Assembly (NCBI GenBank): GCA_965226375.1
Contig: CBDDCX010000006.1
Span: 480,001 to 544,000 of the forward strand
From: Longimicrobiales bacterium
GTDB taxonomy: Bacteria; Gemmatimonadota; Gemmatimonadetes; Longimicrobiales; Gaopeijiaceae
Length of the DNA: 64,000 nt
Direction: 5' to 3'
Numbering within the stretch: position 1 is the stretch's first letter; each line of letters starts with the position of its first letter. This document shows, one piece after another, positions 59,469 through 64,000 of this stretch. A model generated the notes under the pieces. It did not search any database, had not been told where the DNA came from, and saw nothing but the letters and a program-made list of their open reading frames with translations. The translations under genes and the position numbers were made by a program.

Positions 59469-60575
59469 GTGCCGACCTCCGCCCTCCGCGACCACGTCCG
59501 TAGCCACGCTGAGAACCGCCCCGGCATCTATCAGATGCTCGGTGTCGACGGGCATCCCCTGTACGTGGGTAAGTCGGTGAAGGTGAGGACGCGTCTGCTC
59601 TCATACTTCCGTGCACCGCCGGGTGACAAGGCCGCAAACCTGATCCGCGAGACCGGTCGGATCCGCTGGGAATACATCCCGAACGAATTCTCGGCGCTGG
59701 TTCGGGAGATGAAGCTCATTCAGCGCTGGCAACCACGCTTCAACGTTAAGCACAAGCCTAAGCGGGTCTACGCGTTCGTCAAACTGACCAGGGAGATCGC
59801 TCCACGCATCCTTCCCGTCACCCGGGTCATCGCCGACGGATCTCTCTACTTCGGCCCGTTTCCAGCCGTAGGACAGGTAGGCGCCACGGTGCGAGAGCTC
59901 GCACACGCGGTCGGCTTGAGGGACTGCCCGGGCGCCACGCCGGTGTTCTTCGACGATCAGCTCGAGATCTTCAAGGGCGGGCGCACTCCGTTGTGCATGA
60001 GAGCGGAGCTGGGCACGTGCCTCGCCCCGTGCTGTGGCGGCAGCACCGGAGACGCGTATCAGAGACAGGTGGAGGTGGCCCGCCGGTTCCTCGAGGGTCG
60101 GACCCGTGAGCCCTTGATCGGACTGGAGCGTCGAATGGAGCAAGCTGTGGATCGGCTGGACTTCGAGTACGCGGGTGTCCTCAGGGACCGCGTCGCGCGG
60201 CTTCAGGCCTTCCAGGACCGCCTCGCCGCGTTCAGAGGTCGTGTAGAGAGCCTGACGTTCCTCTACCGAGTGCCGGGCTTCGCCGGCGACGATCGCGTCT
60301 ACCTGATCCGCCGGGGTCGCATCCAGCGCGACTACGTGTATCCGAAGTCGAGGCGGGACCGGGACAGGGTATCAACAGCCGTAGAGGACGTATACCGGAA
60401 CATCGACCGGGGTCCCGCGGCGCTTCGACCACACGAGGCCGCAGAGATCCTACTCGTGGCCCGCTGGTTCGAGCTTCGACCCAAGGAGCTGAAGCGGACC
60501 GTAACACCTAAACAATGGCTCGAGCACAGGTCCATACGTCGCAGTCGACGCACCAAGCGCGAGGTCTTGGCATGA
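59469..60575 (+). CDS. UvrC N-terminal-like (Cho-type) GIY-YIG endonuclease with UVR motif
   Basis: PGIY...LYVGKS..VRTRLLSYF, Cys cluster C...CMRAELGTCLAPC and LDFEYAGVLRD; no RNase H-like or HhH half. Confidence 0.85.
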   Translation: MPTSALRDHVRSHAENRPGIYQMLGVDGHPLYVGKSVKVRTRLLSYFRAPPGDKAANLIRETGRIRWEYIPNEFSALVREMKLIQRWQPRFNVKHKPKRVYAFVKLTREIAPRILPVTRVIADGSLYFGPFPAVGQVGATVRELAHAVGLRDCPGATPVFFDDQLEIFKGGRTPLCMRAELGTCLAPCCGGSTGDAYQRQVEVARRFLEGRTREPLIGLERRMEQAVDRLDFEYAGVLRDRVARLQAFQDRLAAFRGRVESLTFLYRVPGFAGDDRVYLIRRGRIQRDYVYPKSRRDRDRVSTAVEDVYRNIDRGPAALRPHEAAEILLVARWFELRPKELKRTVTPKQWLEHRSIRRSRRTKREVLA

Positions 60576-61759
60576 CGCAGCATCTCGAAGGTCTTCGAGT
60601 GGTCGATCTGACACAGAACCTCGCCGGACCATACTGCACACAGATCCTCGGTGATCTCGGTGCAGAGATCGTGAAGATCGAGCCACCCCGAGGGGATGCG
60701 GCTCGGGCCTGGGGTCCGCCCTTCTGGGGCGGCGAGAGCCCCCTGTACCTCTCCGCGAACCGGAACAAGCGGAGCGTCTGCCTCGACCTGAAGACCGATC
60801 GTGGCAAAGAGATCGTCTGGAAGCTGATCGAGGAGGCCGACGTCTTCATACAGGCCCTTCGAGGAGGAGTCGTCGATGAGCTGGGGCTGGACTACCAATC
60901 GGTGAACGCCAAGCATCCCGAGATCATCTACGTGTCCGTAGCCGCGTACGGGCATACGGGCCCACTCAAGGACCGGCCCGGCTACGACCCGCTGATGCAG
61001 GCCTACAGCGGCATCATGTCGGTGACCGGGCATTCCGAGACCGGCCCGGCCCGCGTGGGTGGCTCAGTGGTGGACTTCGGCACGGGCATGTGGGCGGCAT
61101 TGGGTATCCTGTCGGCCCTGCACCAACGCTCCGATACCGGGCAGGGCTGTCACGTGACGACGTCCCTCTTGGATACGGCGGTCGGTTGGGTCTCCTATCA
61201 CCTCATGGGTTATCTCGCTGACGGCCATGTACCGGGACCCATGGGATCTCGTCTTGCCATGATCGCTCCGTACGGAGCGTTTCCCACGAGTGACGGGCAA
61301 CTGATGATCGCCGCCGGTAATGACGCTTTGTTCGCCCGGCTGGTCACGGCGCTCGATCTCCCGGACGTCGCGGATGATCCTCGATTCGTGACCAACCCCG
61401 ACCGGGTCGCGAATCGCGACGAGCTCTTCACGATCCTGGCGGCTGAGACAGGGAGATACTCCACCCGGGAACTGTTGAAGCTCCTCGGCGAGCACGCGGT
61501 GCCGGCGGCGCCCATCCAGAACATGGCGGCCGTAACCACGGACCCACAGGTCGCGGCGTCGGGCATGCTTCCGTTCGTCGACCATCCACAGATCCCCAAC
61601 TACCAGGACGTAGCCATCCCGGTTCGGTGGGATGGTGAGCGGCCTCGCACACGTACTGCGCCCCCCCGCGCCGGGCAGCACACTCGCGAGGTTCTGGCCG
61701 AATTGGGCTATGGACCCGACGAGATCGACGAGCTATTGGATGCCGAGGTCGTGGCCTAG
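60572..61759 (+). CDS. CaiB/BaiF family CoA transferase
   Basis: LAGPYCTQILGDLGAEIVKIE, NRNKRSVCLDLK, PGYDPLMQA and GQHTREVLAELG motifs. Confidence 0.93.
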   Translation: MTQHLEGLRVVDLTQNLAGPYCTQILGDLGAEIVKIEPPRGDAARAWGPPFWGGESPLYLSANRNKRSVCLDLKTDRGKEIVWKLIEEADVFIQALRGGVVDELGLDYQSVNAKHPEIIYVSVAAYGHTGPLKDRPGYDPLMQAYSGIMSVTGHSETGPARVGGSVVDFGTGMWAALGILSALHQRSDTGQGCHVTTSLLDTAVGWVSYHLMGYLADGHVPGPMGSRLAMIAPYGAFPTSDGQLMIAAGNDALFARLVTALDLPDVADDPRFVTNPDRVANRDELFTILAAETGRYSTRELLKLLGEHAVPAAPIQNMAAVTTDPQVAASGMLPFVDHPQIPNYQDVAIPVRWDGERPRTRTAPPRAGQHTREVLAELGYGPDEIDELLDAEVVA

Positions 61760-61807
61760 GGTCCTGAGTCAGAAGTCCGCCGGAATTCTGACTCAATAGG
61801 ACCCTAG
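61756..61807. repeat. 52-bp CTAG-bounded imperfect inverted repeat between convergent genes
   Basis: CTAGGGTCCT-GAGTCAGAA...TTCTGACTC-AAT-AGGACCCTAG; each CTAG contains a stop codon of a flanking gene. Confidence 0.75.
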
Positions 61808-63282
61808 ATAGTCGCCGACCCCGTCACGCTCACCCGCACCGAGTCCATCTCCTCGGCGGCACCCTCCGGGGGGGACGTGGCGAGACTCACTCCGATGGTC
61901 ACCGCGAAGCCCACGGCGAAACCGGGGATCATTTCGTACAGATCGAAGAACTGCTCTTTGAACAACAGAACCCAGAGCACCGCAGTCAGGAATCCGCTCA
62001 CCATCCCGGCGATCGCCCCGGCTCGGGTAGTCCCTTTCCAGAAAAGCGAGCAGAGGACCACGGGTGTGAACGCGCTCGCCAGACCCGACCAAGCGAAGAG
62101 TACGAACCAGAAAATCGCTCGGGCCTCCGTCAGGGCCGCCGCCAGAGCAACCGCGCCAATGACCACTGTGACACCCCTCCCGTACAGAGAGAGCTGCCGT
62201 TCGCTCACGTCAGGGTTGAAAATCTTCTGCACGATGTCCCGCACCACGGCCGACGACGCGAGGATCAGTAGGGAGTCCACCGTGGACATGATCGCCGCCA
62301 GGACCACTACCAGGAAGATGCCCGTGAAGAGCGCCGGGAACAGCTCGCTGCTCATCACGGGAAGGATCGTCTCCTGATCGATAAGGCCCGGGAAGAGAAC
62401 GCGTCCAGCCATTCCTCCGAAGACCGCACCGATGTCGAAAACCAGAATGACGAAGACGGCGATCCTGCCACCCTGAACGATGTCGCGTTGTCCCCGCGCG
62501 GCGATGAAGCGAGTGAGAAGCTGAGGCGAGCCCATGAAGGCCAACCCGATCGCGATGAACCCGGCCACGTCGATGAACCCCCGGACGCTGACACCGTTGG
62601 CGCCCATGACGCCCAGGAGGTTCTGGTCCTGGACCCTCAGGCCCTCGAGCAGCGACGACCAACCTCCCACGGCCGCGATACCCACCACAGGGAGCACGGC
62701 CAGGCACAGGAGCATCAGCACGCCCTGGAAGACATCGCTGTACGCCACGGCTTTGAAGCCGCCTACGGAGGTGTAGTAGAGGATCACCGCCGCACCGATC
62801 CAAACGCCTGTCGAGTAGCTCGTGTCCAGGAACGCCCCAAAAGCCTTCCCCGAGGCCGTGAGCTGGGCCGCAGTGTAGGCCGTAACCATGCTCACGATAA
62901 TGACCATGCTGATCACACGCATGACGTGTCCGACGTCGTGGAACCGAGACTCCAGGTAGTCGGGAACCGTGATGGAATCGTATCGGTCCGTGTACTCCTT
63001 GAACGGCCGGGCCACGTACTTCCATGCGATCAGAACTCCGAGGAACTCACCCAGCACGACCCAAAGAGCGTGGAATCCGACGGCGTACCCCATCCCCGTG
63101 AGCCCCAGGAGTAACCAGGCGCTCTCACCGGTAGAGGTGGAACTGAAGGCTATGACCCACGACGGCAGCTGCTTCCCGGCCACGTAGTAACCGGCAACAC
63201 TACCCGATGACCGGCTCCCCCACAGGCCGAGACCCAGAAGAATGAGCAGGTAGACGACGAGGACCCCAACGATGACGGTCAC
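61804..63282 (-). CDS. Sodium:solute symporter, proline (PutP-like)
   Basis: STGESAWLLLG, ITVPDYLESRF, GGFKAVAYSDVFQG and LAAIMSTVDSLL motifs. Confidence 0.9.
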   Translation of the reverse strand: MTVIVGVLVVYLLILLGLGLWGSRSSGSVAGYYVAGKQLPSWVIAFSSTSTGESAWLLLGLTGMGYAVGFHALWVVLGEFLGVLIAWKYVARPFKEYTDRYDSITVPDYLESRFHDVGHVMRVISMVIIVSMVTAYTAAQLTASGKAFGAFLDTSYSTGVWIGAAVILYYTSVGGFKAVAYSDVFQGVLMLLCLAVLPVVGIAAVGGWSSLLEGLRVQDQNLLGVMGANGVSVRGFIDVAGFIAIGLAFMGSPQLLTRFIAARGQRDIVQGGRIAVFVILVFDIGAVFGGMAGRVLFPGLIDQETILPVMSSELFPALFTGIFLVVVLAAIMSTVDSLLILASSAVVRDIVQKIFNPDVSERQLSLYGRGVTVVIGAVALAAALTEARAIFWFVLFAWSGLASAFTPVVLCSLFWKGTTRAGAIAGMVSGFLTAVLWVLLFKEQFFDLYEMIPGFAVGFAVTIGVSLATSPPEGAAEEMDSVRVSVTGSATI

Positions 63283-63323
63283 GGGTCAGCGCCCCGGCGG
63301 TCGGAGAGACTTGGGCAACGGCG

Positions 63324-64000
63324 TCAAGGAGCGCCCTCAACCCGGTGACAAGCGCGCTCCAGCCGCTCCAGTCCCTCGGCCATCTCAACCTCGGTAATGA
63401 GGAGCGATGGCCCGATACGAATCACGTGACCATGTAGGCCCCCGACCCCGATCAGCAGTCCTTCAGCCTTGGCGGCCTCGAGGAGAGCCTTCGTCTTCTG
63501 CGGCGAGGGTTCCTTGGTGTCGGGATCCTCAACCAACTCCATAGCCTGCATCAGGCCCATCCCACGCACGTCGCCGATCCACCGGAAGCGCGCATAGAGC
63601 TCCATAAGGCCCGGGTAGAGTTGGGCACCCCGCTCCTTGGCCCGCTGCGGTACGTCTTGCTCCACCATGATCTCCAGGGTGGATGCACAGGCCGCCATGG
63701 ACACCGGATTCCCCCCGAAGGTCGAGATGGTCTTGGCCTTCCACGACGCGGCGATTTCGGGGCGCGTAATGGTGGCGCCCACCGGCATTCCGTTGGCGAT
63801 GCCCTTGGCCATGACCATGATGTCGGGCTCGACCCCCGCATGCTCGATAGCGAACCAACGATCGCCCGACCGGCCGAAGCCGGACTGCACCTCGTCCGCT
63901 ATGAAGAGCCCTCCGTGGGACCGGATGATTTCAGCGACACGCTCGAAATATCCCGGAGGCGGCACGATGTAGCCGCCCACACCCATGATGGACTCGGCAA
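63324..64000 (-). CDS. Class III PLP aminotransferase, 3' part only (runs off the window)
   Basis: FIADEVQSGFGR, MAKGIANG, STFGGNP and DVRGMGLM motifs. Confidence 0.9.
   Translation of the reverse strand, partial: AESIMGVGGYIVPPPGYFERVAEIIRSHGGLFIADEVQSGFGRSGDRWFAIEHAGVEPDIMVMAKGIANGMPVGATITRPEIAASWKAKTISTFGGNPVSMAACASTLEIMVEQDVPQRAKERGAQLYPGLMELYARFRWIGDVRGMGLMQAMELVEDPDTKEPSPQKTKALLEAAKAEGLLIGVGGLHGHVIRIGPSLLITEVEMAEGLERLERACHRVEGAP

Noticed and set aside
1..64000. rRNA, tRNA (including selC), CRISPR arrays, cobalamin riboswitch, prophage
   Set aside because: No recognisable signatures were found by eye and intergenic gaps are short; a covariance-model scan would be needed to exclude them formally.

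Overview
GC-rich bacterial chromosomal window, densely packed with about 50 genes; the protein style suggests Gemmatimonadota (inference, not tested). Core and metabolic genes: large NAD-glutamate dehydrogenase, sucA, acyl-CoA dehydrogenase, ctaA, trpE, an M20 peptidase, a btuFCD-like ABC importer, rsgA, a sigma-70 factor, an ECF sigma factor, a CoA transferase and a Na+/proline symporter. There is also a glycosyltransferase trio, a TonB-dependent iron receptor with a Fur-like box, and one IS1595 element lacking its right end. Main unusual signals: (1) a coupled operon of a membrane protein plus SbcD and SbcC homologues whose nuclease and ATPase motifs are systematically substituted while the ORFs and zinc hook stay intact (47.9-51.1 kb); (2) an OsmC-family peroxiredoxin with an in-frame UGA at the catalytic Cys and a SECIS-like hairpin, a likely selenoprotein the ORF track splits in two (16.1-16.6 kb); (3) a 16/19 Fur-box match before an ECF sigma/PspA-like pair; (4) a His-less kinase next to a V4R-type protein; (5) a small CTAG-flanked inverted-repeat element found at two convergent gene junctions; (6) several frameshift or nonsense lesions. 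No rRNA, tRNA or CRISPR array was recognised. All family calls come from motif recognition by eye; no database search was run.
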